A stretch of 64,000 nucleotides of DNA from Rhodospirillaceae bacterium (lineage in GTDB: Bacteria > Pseudomonadota > Alphaproteobacteria > CACIAM-22H2). Of the stretch, positions 1 through 9,391 are shown one piece after another. The notes below the pieces were generated by a model, which was not told where the DNA came from, did not search any database, and saw nothing but the letters and a program-made list of their open reading frames with translations. The translations under genes were made by a program, and so were the position numbers. The stretch lies in NCBI GenBank assembly GCA_022843945.1, contig JALHMR010000005.1:137716-201715 (forward strand), written 5' to 3'. How positions within the stretch are numbered: the stretch's first letter is position 1; each line of letters begins with the position of its first letter.

Positions 1-698
1 CGGATCAGCTTGTTGACGATGGCGAAGGCGAAGGAATTGAAGTCCTCGGCCACCAGCACGAACGAGCCCGGGCCGCCGGCGACGTTCTCGCGAAACCAGT
101 TCTCCAGCCCGCCCGGCGGGTGGGTGTGCCAGGCATTCCACGGCATCGGCTCGGGGCTGAGGATGACCAGGCCGTTGATCGTGATGCCGGCGGCCACCGC
201 GGCGTCGCGCGCCAGCGTCGGATGCTTGCCGTTGGTGTTGGTGCCGTCACCCGAGACGTCGATGGTCCGGCGCTCGCTCTGATGACCGCTGCGCTTGAAC
301 TGCTCCACCGCGAAATCGATGGCCACGCCGATGGCCGTCCGTTCGGCGAAAGGCCGCGGCGCCTTGAGCAGGGCATCGCCGAAGGCACCGGCGGATTCCT
401 CATCCGCGATGATCGTCCAGTCGATGACCACTTTCTGCGCCCACTCGCCGGACCATTCGACGTAACAGACCGCTATGCGGCCGACCTGCCCGGAGCGGAT
501 CGCCTTGAGGACCCGCGGATCGGAGAAGGCCGCGGCATAGCCGTCACGCTGCAGGCGGAACTCGCCGTCGTCGACGCTGCGCGAGACATCGGCGGCCAGG
601 ACGAGCTGCAGGTCCACGGTTTCGGCCCGAATGGGCGAGGCAAGGCTAACCAGAAGAAGAACGAGAAAACCGAACGCCACGAACCATCTGCGTGCCAT
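1..698 (-). CDS. DUF1194 (vWA-like) secreted protein, 3' end runs off window start
   Basis: Minus-strand ORF starting ATG at about 696-698 and open to position 1. Translation MARRWFVAFGFLVLLLVSLASPIRA... has a signal peptide and ...IDVSGDGTNTNG... typical of DUF1194. It is absent from the ORF track because no stop lies inside the window. Confidence 0.55.
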   Translation of the reverse strand, partial: MARRWFVAFGFLVLLLVSLASPIRAETVDLQLVLAADVSRSVDDGEFRLQRDGYAAAFSDPRVLKAIRSGQVGRIAVCYVEWSGEWAQKVVIDWTIIADEESAGAFGDALLKAPRPFAERTAIGVAIDFAVEQFKRSGHQSERRTIDVSGDGTNTNGKHPTLARDAAVAAGITINGLVILSPEPMPWNAWHTHPPGGLENWFRENVAGGPGSFVLVAEDFNSFAFAIVNKLI

Positions 699-816
699 CG
701 GCAGTCCTTTCTCGCCGGGGACGGCGCCCGCGTCGGGTGCGACTCCGGCTCTCGGTTAGCCACGATACCCTGTTTCGTGATGCAACGGCCACGCCAGCCT
801 TACGGTCCCGCTCTTC

Positions 817-1512
817 TCACCGCTCGATAAAGCCCTTGGCCGCGAACAGCGCCCGGGCCTCCGGCGTTCGCAGGAATACAAGGAAGGCGCGGACGGCATC
901 GGCCTGCATCGTCGTGGCCGACGGCGCCCCGACATAGAGCGTCTCCTTCTGCAGTTCGTCGGGCAGCGGGCCGACATAGCGCACGCCGGGCAGGTTCAGG
1001 ATCTCGGTGATCTGGTGGATGCCGAACTCGATCTCGCCGCGGCCCACCGGCTCGACGACCGAACCACCGCGACCCAGCACCGTCTTCGCCCGGACCTGAT
1101 CGGCGATCCCCAGCCGGTCAAGCACCGCCGCCACCTGCTTGCCGCTCGTGCCGCGCTCGGGGTCGATGTAGACGATCGACTTCGCCGCCAGCAACGCGCG
1201 GCGAAGCGCCTCGGGCGTCGAGACGTCGGGCACGGGCGCCGACTCCTGAACCGCGACGCCGATGGCAACCCGCCCGATCTCCGTCGGCATATCCGGCGCC
1301 ACGAGCCCTTTGGCCTGCGCCTGGCTCATCAGCTCCTGCGTCAGAATCAGGGCGTCCGGCAGCGGCGCGGATTCAAGACGCCGCGCCAGAGGCCCCATCG
1401 GCTGGAACTCGAGAGCGATCGTCAGGCCGGCCCGGCGCTGGTAGAGCTCGACCGCCGGGATGAGTCCCGCCTTGACCGCGCCCCCGCTCCAGATTGCGAG
1501 GCGGGCGGTCAT
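817..1512 (-). CDS. Periplasmic-binding-protein-fold (molybdate/tungstate-binding-like) protein, no obvious signal peptide
   Basis: ORF 817..1716 trimmed to internal Met (MTARLAIWSGGAVKAGLIPAV...). SBP-like motifs; its start overlaps the stop of the downstream TRAP gene by 4 bp. Confidence 0.5.
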   Translation of the reverse strand: MTARLAIWSGGAVKAGLIPAVELYQRRAGLTIALEFQPMGPLARRLESAPLPDALILTQELMSQAQAKGLVAPDMPTEIGRVAIGVAVQESAPVPDVSTPEALRRALLAAKSIVYIDPERGTSGKQVAAVLDRLGIADQVRAKTVLGRGGSVVEPVGRGEIEFGIHQITEILNLPGVRYVGPLPDELQKETLYVGAPSATTMQADAVRAFLVFLRTPEARALFAAKGFIER

Positions 1513-3530
1513 GCCGGGACGCGGCGTCGCCGCCCGACGATCCCGTAAGCCAGGACAGCCGCGGCTAGTGCCGCTCCCGCCACGTTGACCAGCAGCGCCC
1601 ACAGCCCGATCTCCGGCGGAATCAGCAGCAGCAGGCCAGCGACGACGAGCACCGCACGCTGGAGGATGCCGACCGGGTGGACCACGTAGCCGACGAAGCC
1701 GGCCGAGACCAGCCAAACCCCGGCCACCGCGGTGCCGATGGCCAGCACGGTATCAACTATCGAGTCGCTCTGCAGCAACAGCGCCGGCGAGAAGATGAAC
1801 AGGAACGGCACGATATAGGCGGTCCAGCCGAAACGCATGGCGACGAATCCGGTGCGCATCGGTTCCGCCCCCGCGAGGCTGGCGGCAAAGAAGGCGCCGA
1901 TCGCCACCGGCGGCGTCACCATCGACATCATGCCCAGATACAGGATGAACATGTGTGCCGCCATCGGCGAGATGCCAAGCTCGACCAGTGAGGGCGCGAT
2001 GAGCACGGCGAGCAGCACATAGACGCCCAAGGTCGGCATGCCCATGCCAAGTACGATACACAGGATAGCGGCGATGACGAGCAGTGCGATGAGGCTGCCA
2101 GCGCCGAGCTTGACGAGGAACAGGGTCACCGCGAAGCCGAGACCAGTGACCTGCAGGATGCCGGTAATGAACCCGGCGACCGCAGAGATCATCAGAATGT
2201 CGAGCGTCGACTTGCCGGTCGTTTTCAGGGCCTCGACGATAGCGCCGAGCTTCATGCGCCGGCCGCGATAGCCCGCGACCACACCAAGCACGATCACGGT
2301 GACCGACGCATAGAGCGCCGCCACCTCGGCTTCCTGATTGGCCCAGAAAAGGGTGTAGACCAGAACGGCGAACGGCAGGGTGAAAATCCAGCCGGATGCA
2401 AGCACGGTTCCGAGCTTCGGAATCTCGGCCTCGTCGACGCGCTTGATGCCCATCTTGGCGGCTTCGAGATCCGCCTGGATGAACAGCGCTATATAGTAGA
2501 GCAGCGACGGCACGAGGGCGGCGATCACCACCTCGCGATACGGGACCTGGAGGAAATCGGCCATAAGGAAGGCGACAGCCCCCATGACCGGAGGCATGAG
2601 TTGGCCACCGGTCGACGCCGTAGCCTCGATCGCCGCGGCTTGGCGCGCGCTGAAGCCCGATTTTTTCATCAACGGGATGGTAACGACCCCGGTCGCCAGG
2701 ATGTTCGACACGACCACGCCGGAGATCGAGCCGAACAGGCTCGAGGCGACGACCGAAATCTTGGCCGCCCCACCGCGATAGCGGCCCATCAGCGCTAGTG
2801 ACAGGTCGTTGAAGAAGGCAGCGCCGCCCGAGCTTTGCAGCAGGTTGCCAAAAAAGATGTAAGGAATCACCACGGTGACCCCGACGAGCATAATCAGGCC
2901 GAAGAGGCCGCTGGTGTCGACGCCGAGATAGTAAATGAGATGCACGATGTCGACTTTGCGCGTCTGCAGTGGACCCGGCACGAGGTGGCCGGCCAACGAG
3001 TATGAGACGAAGACCGCCAGAATGATGACGAGCGACATCCCGACGGTGCGCCGCAACCCCTCGACACAGAGCAGAAACAGCAGGGTCGAGACGATTACGC
3101 CGTCGGGCGGCAGGTCGAACAGGCGCTGGACCAGACGCGGATATTCGAACGCCACGTACCAGCCGGTGGCGAAGGAGACGACGGCCGTCGCGGCGTCGTA
3201 CCAAGGCAGGCGATCGCGCCGGCCGCCGCGGATCAGCGGAAATTCGAGAAAGATGAGCGCAAGGCCCGTACCCAGCGCCGCGGCAAGGAACTGCTCGGCC
3301 AGGAAAAGGACGCCGGCAGCGCGGTAAAGGTCTGCGGCCCAGAGCAGCGAGCCAAGCGCCAGGGTCAGCGCCAGCACGATTCGGCAAATGCGCACCACCG
3401 GGGATCCCGGCAGTGCACTTTCGAGCGTCGTTGGATCGAGCGGTGGAGCGGGGACTGTGTCGCTCACGGGACCTGTTCCGCCGCTCCGCCTCGGCTCGCA
3501 GTCAATTGGCCGGCCAGATCCCTGCCTCAC
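1509..3530 (-). CDS. TRAP transporter fused 4TM/12TM permease (TAXI-type)
   Basis: About 670-aa polytopic membrane protein with many hydrophobic segments, immediately downstream of a TAXI solute receptor gene. The true start is probably downstream of the annotated Met. Confidence 0.75.
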   Translation of the reverse strand: MRQGSGRPIDCEPRRSGGTGPVSDTVPAPPLDPTTLESALPGSPVVRICRIVLALTLALGSLLWAADLYRAAGVLFLAEQFLAAALGTGLALIFLEFPLIRGGRRDRLPWYDAATAVVSFATGWYVAFEYPRLVQRLFDLPPDGVIVSTLLFLLCVEGLRRTVGMSLVIILAVFVSYSLAGHLVPGPLQTRKVDIVHLIYYLGVDTSGLFGLIMLVGVTVVIPYIFFGNLLQSSGGAAFFNDLSLALMGRYRGGAAKISVVASSLFGSISGVVVSNILATGVVTIPLMKKSGFSARQAAAIEATASTGGQLMPPVMGAVAFLMADFLQVPYREVVIAALVPSLLYYIALFIQADLEAAKMGIKRVDEAEIPKLGTVLASGWIFTLPFAVLVYTLFWANQEAEVAALYASVTVIVLGVVAGYRGRRMKLGAIVEALKTTGKSTLDILMISAVAGFITGILQVTGLGFAVTLFLVKLGAGSLIALLVIAAILCIVLGMGMPTLGVYVLLAVLIAPSLVELGISPMAAHMFILYLGMMSMVTPPVAIGAFFAASLAGAEPMRTGFVAMRFGWTAYIVPFLFIFSPALLLQSDSIVDTVLAIGTAVAGVWLVSAGFVGYVVHPVGILQRAVLVVAGLLLLIPPEIGLWALLVNVAGAALAAAVLAYGIVGRRRRVPA

Positions 3531-4470
3531 GATAATATTTGATCGCTCCGGGATGGTAGTCGATGCCGGGATGCTTCACCGCCATGCCCTTGGCATTGAA
3601 CGCGTTGAAGGACGGATGGCCCTTGACCAGCTCATCCCGGTTGGCGGCAAGCGTCTTGACAACCTTGTAGACGGTCTCCTCCTTCACGTCGGCGCTGGTG
3701 AGGACGACGATGTAGTACTCCATGAGAGTCGTCGGGCCGACGATCCCGGGCAGGTTCGGTGCCGGCTGGGTGACCGCCGTGTGATACTCGGGCCGCACGG
3801 CCTGCATCCTGGCAAGCGCAGCCGGCGAGCTGTCGAGCGACAGGAAACGGATGCCGATCGCCGAATCGATCTCCGCCACCTTCGGCGCGCCGACGGCGAA
3901 GATATCGGCGTCGGTCTTGCCGGCCTTGAAGTCATCCGCCGCCCGCAGCAGGTTGGTCGTCGGCACGCCGTCGACATCAGCCAGGCTGATCCCGCCGGTC
4001 GCCAGCATGGCGTTGGACAGCGGGATGCCCTGCAGGAAGCCCTGCCAGCCCGTCGCCATCCGCTTGCCCTTGAGATCGGCGACGGTACGGATATTGGAAT
4101 CCTTGCGCACCATGATGCCGACGGAGAACGGGAACACGGTCAGGGCCACGCGCAGCTTGGCCATCGGCTTGCCCTGGTGCTCGTCCTTGCCGCGGAAGGC
4201 AACGCCGGCCTCGTCGTTGCTGGTGTACGAGAACTCGGCCTGGCCATTCTGCGAGGCACCCATGATCGCAGCCGGTCCATTGAAGGTGAGGACCCGCATC
4301 TGCATATCGCCCTTTTCCTGGACGACCTTGGCGATGGCCTGGGCCTGGACGTTGTTGATCGCGCCCGGCGGCAGGGTGGCGATGGCGATCGGCTGCGCCG
4401 TCGCCGTCCCGCTGCCGGCGGCAAGCAGGACGAGACAGGCGGCGGCTCTCAGGTTCAGCAGGTGTTTCAT
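3502..4470 (-). CDS. TAXI-family TRAP transporter solute-binding subunit
   Basis: ORF 3502..4500 trimmed to MKHLLNLRAAACLVLLAAG (signal peptide). Imp/TAXI-like periplasmic receptor motifs. Confidence 0.8.
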   Translation of the reverse strand: MKHLLNLRAAACLVLLAAGSGTATAQPIAIATLPPGAINNVQAQAIAKVVQEKGDMQMRVLTFNGPAAIMGASQNGQAEFSYTSNDEAGVAFRGKDEHQGKPMAKLRVALTVFPFSVGIMVRKDSNIRTVADLKGKRMATGWQGFLQGIPLSNAMLATGGISLADVDGVPTTNLLRAADDFKAGKTDADIFAVGAPKVAEIDSAIGIRFLSLDSSPAALARMQAVRPEYHTAVTQPAPNLPGIVGPTTLMEYYIVVLTSADVKEETVYKVVKTLAANRDELVKGHPSFNAFNAKGMAVKHPGIDYHPGAIKYYREAGIWPAN

Positions 4471-4533
4471 CGTTCTCTCCCTCTTCCTTTTTTGCCGCAT
4501 GGCGGCTTTCGGTCATTACGGCGAAATTCACCC

Positions 4534-5670
4534 CTACCCGCGAAAATAGGGCATCACTTCCCGTGCGAAGATCTCGATGTTCTTGCGCGTCAGCTCCGCC
4601 GGCAGGGTGCCGAACTGCAGCATGGTCAGCAGATGGCCGAAGCCGATCTCCTTCTGGTACTGCTCGAGCCGGGCCCGGATGGTGGCCACGCCGCCGCACA
4701 GGAACATGCCCTTGGCGATCACGTCGTCGATGCTCTGGCGCGTGCCGATCGAGGTCTTGGCCTTCATCACACCGGCCATCGACTGCAGCGACAGGTAGCC
4801 CGGCGGCAGCAGCATCTCCATTGGCATGCGCAGGAACTTGTTGAGGAAGGCCTCGATATGCGGCTTGGCCTCGCGGTGGGCGATCTCGTCGCTTTCGGCG
4901 ACATAGAGCGGCACCGACCAGCCGAGTTGCTCCTCGCTCGCAGTGTAGCCGTAGCCCTGGGCGACCTCCTTGTACATGGCCATGTAGCGCGCCAGCATCG
5001 CCGCCGGCGTGAAGGTCTGCAGATAGGTGTATTTGCGCTCCGGTGCTGCCGCCCATTCGATGGTTTCGCGGCTGCCCTGCGAGGGAATCCAGATCGGCGG
5101 ACAGGGCTGCTGGTAGGGCCGCGGCCAGGTGTTGACGTAGTCGAAGTGGTAGTACTTGCCCTCGAAGACGAAGGGCCCCGGCTCGGTCCAGGCGCGCAGG
5201 ATCAGATCGTGGGCCTCGTGGAAGCGGTCGTGCGACTCCGCCGGGTTGACGCCGGAGGCATGATACTCGGCGCCGATACCGCGCACGAAGCCGGCGATCA
5301 GCCGCCCGCCCGTGATGTTGTCGAGCATTGCGTACTCTTCCGCCACGGTCAGGGGGTTGTTGAGCAGCGGCAGCGCCCGCCCCAGCACGGCGATCTTCGC
5401 CTGCTTGGTGCGCCGGGACAGCGCCCCGGCCGTCACCGCCGGGATCGGCATCAGGCCGTAGGCATTCTGGTGGTGCTCGTTGACGCAGATACCGTCGAAA
5501 CCGAGCGCGTCGGCCAGCTCGAGCTCGTCGAGATAGCGGTTGTAGAGGACGTGGCCCTTCTTCGGGTCGTAGTAGGTGTTGGGCAGCGTCACCCAGGCCG
5601 AGTTGTATTTCTCGTCATAGCTCTGATCGAGATCGGCGTAGGGCATGAGATGCATGAAGTAGAACTTCAT
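4534..5670 (-). CDS. LLM-class (luciferase-like) flavin-dependent oxidoreductase
   Basis: Start trimmed to MKFYFMHLMPY. The segment GFDGICVNEHHQNAYGLMP is typical of the bacterial luciferase-like family. Confidence 0.8.
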   Translation of the reverse strand: MKFYFMHLMPYADLDQSYDEKYNSAWVTLPNTYYDPKKGHVLYNRYLDELELADALGFDGICVNEHHQNAYGLMPIPAVTAGALSRRTKQAKIAVLGRALPLLNNPLTVAEEYAMLDNITGGRLIAGFVRGIGAEYHASGVNPAESHDRFHEAHDLILRAWTEPGPFVFEGKYYHFDYVNTWPRPYQQPCPPIWIPSQGSRETIEWAAAPERKYTYLQTFTPAAMLARYMAMYKEVAQGYGYTASEEQLGWSVPLYVAESDEIAHREAKPHIEAFLNKFLRMPMEMLLPPGYLSLQSMAGVMKAKTSIGTRQSIDDVIAKGMFLCGGVATIRARLEQYQKEIGFGHLLTMLQFGTLPAELTRKNIEIFAREVMPYFRG

Positions 5671-6449
5671 GTCCCGCCTCCGCCGATGAAGCGGTTGACC
5701 AGGGAGACGAACGCCACCGGCTGCTCGACATGCGGCAGGTGGCCGCAATCGCCCACGATCTCCAGGCGGGCACCGGGGATCAGCCGGGCGAAGGCCGGGC
5801 CGTAGGCCGGCGGAATGACCTGATCATGCTCGCCCCAGATCAGGAGAGTCGGCACGCTCACCCGGTGCAGCCACTTCTCCAGATCCGGGTTGTAGAAGCG
5901 CGGATGCCAGGCGAGCTTGGCCAAAGCGAGGCTGTTCTTCATGCGCGCCATCTGCGCGGCCTCGTTCTGGGGTGCGGCGATCATCGCCTCCGCCAGCTCC
6001 TGGTTGTGGAACAGCCGGCGCGCCGTCTCGTCGGCCGACCACATGAAGACGTCGCCCTTGCGCACACCCTTGACGTGGATGCCGGCCGGCGCCACCAGGG
6101 TCAGGCTCTTGAGCCGCGCGCAGCTGCGCACGGCCAGTTCCGCCGCGATCCAGCCGCCGAGCGAGGCGCCGACCAGGTGCAGGCCCTCGAGGCCGAGCCG
6201 GTCAATAACGTCGAGATAGAAATAGGCGAGGTCACCCACGTTATCGAGCCAGTCGGGCGTGTCCGAGGCGCCGAATCCCGGGTGCTCGGGGACCAGCAGC
6301 TCGTGGCGCTCGGCCAGCGCCTCCATGAACGGCAGCCAGACGGCCGCCCCGCCGGCACCATGCAGGAAGAGGATCGGCGACCCGCTGCCGGCCCGGCTCA
6401 GGCGGAACGTGCAACCGGCAACCGTCTCGGTCGTGACCGTGGGCCCCAT
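5667..6449 (-). CDS. alpha/beta-fold hydrolase
   Basis: HGAGGAAVWLPF... and the nucleophile elbow GASLGGWIA; 4-bp overlap with the downstream LLM gene. Confidence 0.8.
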   Translation of the reverse strand: MGPTVTTETVAGCTFRLSRAGSGSPILFLHGAGGAAVWLPFMEALAERHELLVPEHPGFGASDTPDWLDNVGDLAYFYLDVIDRLGLEGLHLVGASLGGWIAAELAVRSCARLKSLTLVAPAGIHVKGVRKGDVFMWSADETARRLFHNQELAEAMIAAPQNEAAQMARMKNSLALAKLAWHPRFYNPDLEKWLHRVSVPTLLIWGEHDQVIPPAYGPAFARLIPGARLEIVGDCGHLPHVEQPVAFVSLVNRFIGGGGT

Positions 6450-6574
6450 GGGTGCCGCGTCCTCCGTCTTTGTCCTTGAGTATCCGCGCCGGCGCGGCAG
6501 AGTCCAGCGAGGCGGGCCGCCGCGGCCCGTGGGCGCCCGCCCATGACCCAGAATTCGACTTGGGGAGTAATCCT

Positions 6575-7363
6575 TTGGTGCAGAGCAAGCTCTTCGATCT
6601 CAGCGGCCAGACGGCGCTGGTCACCGGCGCCGCCTGCGGCCTCGGCCTTGCTTTCACCGAGATCCTCAGCGAACACGGCGCTCGCGTTGCCATGCTGGAT
6701 ATCGACGCGGCGGCGCTCCAGCGTTCGGCGAAGCGCCTGCGCGACCAGGGCCGCGCCGTCGACGAGCATGTCGTCGACGTCGGCGACCGGACGCGGCTGC
6801 GCGGCGTCACCGACGCCGTGGCGAAACAGGGCCGGCTCGATATCGTCTTCGCCAATGCCGGCATCTCGGCCGGGCCCGGCTACAAGACCGCGGTCGGCCA
6901 GATCGAAGCGGTGCAGGACGAGGCCTGGCAGCGCGTGCTCGACATCAACCTGACCAGCGTCTTCGTCACCCTGCAGGCCGCCGCGGCCCCGATGAAGCGC
7001 CAGCGCTCGGGCCGCATCATCGTCGTTTCCTCGATCGCCGGAATCAAGTCGGAGGCGCCGGTGGGCTACGCCTATGCCGCGACCAAGGCGGCGATCAACA
7101 ACCTCGTCCGCCAGGCGGCGATGGAGCTGGCGCCGTTCAACATCATGGTCAACGCCATCGCCCCGGGGCCCTTCCGCACCAATATCGCCGGCGGCCGGAT
7201 CAACCAGCCGGAGGTCGAGGCGATGTTCGCCGCCATGGTGCCGCTGGGCCGCATCGGCGAGCCGGACGAGATCAAAGGCCTCGCCCTGCTCCTCGCCTCG
7301 CCCGCCGCCAGCTTCCTCACCGGGACCGTGATCCCGATCGACGGCGGCTCGACCGCCGCCTAG
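6575..7363 (+). CDS. SDR-family short-chain dehydrogenase/reductase
   Basis: TALVTGAACGLGLA Rossmann motif, NAG and YxxxK catalytic motifs. TTG start chosen after a GGGGA Shine-Dalgarno; the ORF-track start 6452 is probably too far upstream. Confidence 0.8.
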   Translation: MVQSKLFDLSGQTALVTGAACGLGLAFTEILSEHGARVAMLDIDAAALQRSAKRLRDQGRAVDEHVVDVGDRTRLRGVTDAVAKQGRLDIVFANAGISAGPGYKTAVGQIEAVQDEAWQRVLDINLTSVFVTLQAAAAPMKRQRSGRIIVVSSIAGIKSEAPVGYAYAATKAAINNLVRQAAMELAPFNIMVNAIAPGPFRTNIAGGRINQPEVEAMFAAMVPLGRIGEPDEIKGLALLLASPAASFLTGTVIPIDGGSTAA

Positions 7364-8514
7364 GCCGCCGACTTCCAGAACTGGCGCGAGGCCAGGCGCG
7401 CCCCTTCGGCCATCGCCGCCAGCTTCGCCCAGACGATGTCCGGGTCGACCGCCGCCTGGCCGACCCAGGTGCCGTAGCCGCAATCGGAGCCGGCGACGAC
7501 GTTCTCGCGCCCCACCAGATTGGCGTAGCGGGCCAGGCGCTGGGCGATGAGCTCCGGATGCTCGATGAAGTTCGACTTGGATTCGAGCACGCCGGGGATC
7601 AGCACCTTGCCCTCGGGGAGCTTCACCTTTTCGAACAGCGTGTACTCATGCGCATGACGCGGGTTGGCCGCCTCGAAGGAGATGGCGCTGGCCCGCGCCT
7701 TGAACACGATGTCGACGATATCGGCCAGCGGCACGTCGCAGTGATGCGGACCCTCGTAGTTGCCCCAGCAGACATGCATGCGCAGCTGCTCCGGCTTGAC
7801 GCCGGCGGTGGCGTGGTTGAAGGCCTCGATATGCAGCTCGATGCGCTTGCGGAACTCCTTCACGTCGAGATCGGCGTACTGGATATGCCGGCCCATGGCC
7901 AGGTCCGGGCAATCGAGCTGTAGGATCAGGCCGGCCTTGGCCACCGCCTCGTACTCATGGCGCATCGCCTCGGCGATGGCGAAGATGTACTTCTCGAAGC
8001 TGGGATAGTGGTCGTTGCGGAAGAACAGCGACACCACGCCCGGCGAGGCGGCGCTGAGGAAGCCAAGCTTGCCCTTGGCGCCGGCCAGCGCCGACTTGAG
8101 ATTGTCGGTATCGACCACCGGCGCCTGCTTGTCGCGCACTGAGATCGCCGCATTGCAGGCGGGCGTCTTGCGCCGCGAGCGGCCGGGGTCGCCGAACACC
8201 CGCTTGGCCATCGCGGGAAACTCGGCGAGGTCCTGGTAGACGAAGGTATTGCCCGTGCCGCCGAAGCCGGCGAGCCGGTCCTTGACGTAGGTGGCGTAGC
8301 TCGGCTTCGACATCTCGCCGTCGTTGATGATGTCCACGCCGGCCTTGATCTGCTTCTCCACCACCTCGGCCACGGCCGACTTGATGCGCGCCGCCAGCGC
8401 CGGCTTGTCGATCGGCACATCCTCTTCCTTCGCATACATCATGCGGATGAGGTCGGCCGGCCGCGGCAGGCTGCCGGTATGGGTGGTGAGAAAACGCTCG
8501 GTACTGTGCTGCAT
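7360..8514 (-). CDS. Cobalamin-independent methionine synthase II (MetE C-terminal-like) family protein
   Basis: Start trimmed to MQHSTERFLTTHTGSLPRP. UROD/MetE-like fold motifs including ...CWGNYEGPHH.... Confidence 0.7.
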   Translation of the reverse strand: MQHSTERFLTTHTGSLPRPADLIRMMYAKEEDVPIDKPALAARIKSAVAEVVEKQIKAGVDIINDGEMSKPSYATYVKDRLAGFGGTGNTFVYQDLAEFPAMAKRVFGDPGRSRRKTPACNAAISVRDKQAPVVDTDNLKSALAGAKGKLGFLSAASPGVVSLFFRNDHYPSFEKYIFAIAEAMRHEYEAVAKAGLILQLDCPDLAMGRHIQYADLDVKEFRKRIELHIEAFNHATAGVKPEQLRMHVCWGNYEGPHHCDVPLADIVDIVFKARASAISFEAANPRHAHEYTLFEKVKLPEGKVLIPGVLESKSNFIEHPELIAQRLARYANLVGRENVVAGSDCGYGTWVGQAAVDPDIVWAKLAAMAEGARLASRQFWKSAA

Positions 8515-8539
8515 GTCTGTCCTCCCTCGCGACCTTTGC

Positions 8540-9391
8540 TCAGGTCTTGATTCCATTCTGGCGATTATACGCCGCGGCGCGGTCGAAACCGTCCATCAGG
8601 CGGCGGTGGCGTTCCTCGAGCCAGGCGCGCGGCCCCTCATGGGTGAAGATGAAGAACTCGTTGGTGCGGATGGCATGGAGCACACGCTCGCCCACGGTGT
8701 CCGGCGGCAAGGCGCCGGGCAGCAGCTCGGCCCGTGACGGCACGCCGCCGGGGGGAACAAAAGGTCCGCCAAAACGCGCCGGCCGGCGCGTCGTCGACTC
8801 ATAGATCGCGGTGTCGACAGCGGCCGGGCAGAGCAGGGACACGCCGATGCCGCTGCCCTCGAGCTCCTGCTGCAGCGATTCCGAAATGGCGACGACCGCG
8901 AACTTGGTGGCGGCATAGCCGCCCGTACCCCGGCCGGGGCGGACCTGCAGCCCGCCGATCGAGGACGTGTTGACCACATGGCCGCCCTCGCCGTGGCGGC
9001 GGATCAGGGGCAGAAAGCTGCGGATCCCGTGCACCACGCCGTAGACATTCACCCCGATCAGCCAGTCCCAGTCCTGCGGCGTCAGCTGGGTGATCGGCTT
9101 GGGTGGTGCCGTGACGCCGGCATTGTTGACCAGGATATGGAGCTTGCCGAACGCCGCCTCGACCGTGCCGGCGGCCCGGGCCACGGCCTCGCCGTCCGAG
9201 ACGTCCAGCGGGACGGCCAGGGCACGCACGCCCAGCGCCTCGATTTCGGCCACGGCCCTGGTCAGCGCGCCTTCGTCGATGTCCGCCAAGGCAACATTCA
9301 CGTCCGCTTTGGCCAGGGCGCGGGCGATGCCGAGGCCGATCCCCTGCCCGGCCCCGGTGACGAACGCCGCGCGGCCGGCGAGGTCGTTCAC
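8540..9391 (-). CDS. SDR-family oxidoreductase
   Basis: The 504-aa track ORF has a spurious N-terminal extension. The real gene starts at GTG (VNDLAGRAAFVTGAGQGIGLG), overlapping the upstream stop in a GTGA arrangement. Confidence 0.75.
   Translation of the reverse strand: MNDLAGRAAFVTGAGQGIGLGIARALAKADVNVALADIDEGALTRAVAEIEALGVRALAVPLDVSDGEAVARAAGTVEAAFGKLHILVNNAGVTAPPKPITQLTPQDWDWLIGVNVYGVVHGIRSFLPLIRRHGEGGHVVNTSSIGGLQVRPGRGTGGYAATKFAVVAISESLQQELEGSGIGVSLLCPAAVDTAIYESTTRRPARFGGPFVPPGGVPSRAELLPGALPPDTVGERVLHAIRTNEFFIFTHEGPRAWLEERHRRLMDGFDRAAAYNRQNGIKT

Noticed and set aside
120-830. 236-aa plus-strand ORF at the window start
   Set aside because: Antisense to the DUF1194 gene, which shows a clear signal peptide and family motifs on the minus strand. 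The translation is low-complexity.
3388-5805. 805-aa plus-strand ORF (and similar long ORFs 1753-3387, 3977-5056, 9430-10755, 6398-7483, 45027-45971, 45962-46978, 47856-48689) lying antisense to well-supported genes
   Set aside because: Arg/Ala/Gly/Pro-rich low-complexity translations typical of stop-codon-poor frames in about 70% GC DNA. They overlap genes with clear family motifs on the other strand, and no domain is recognisable.
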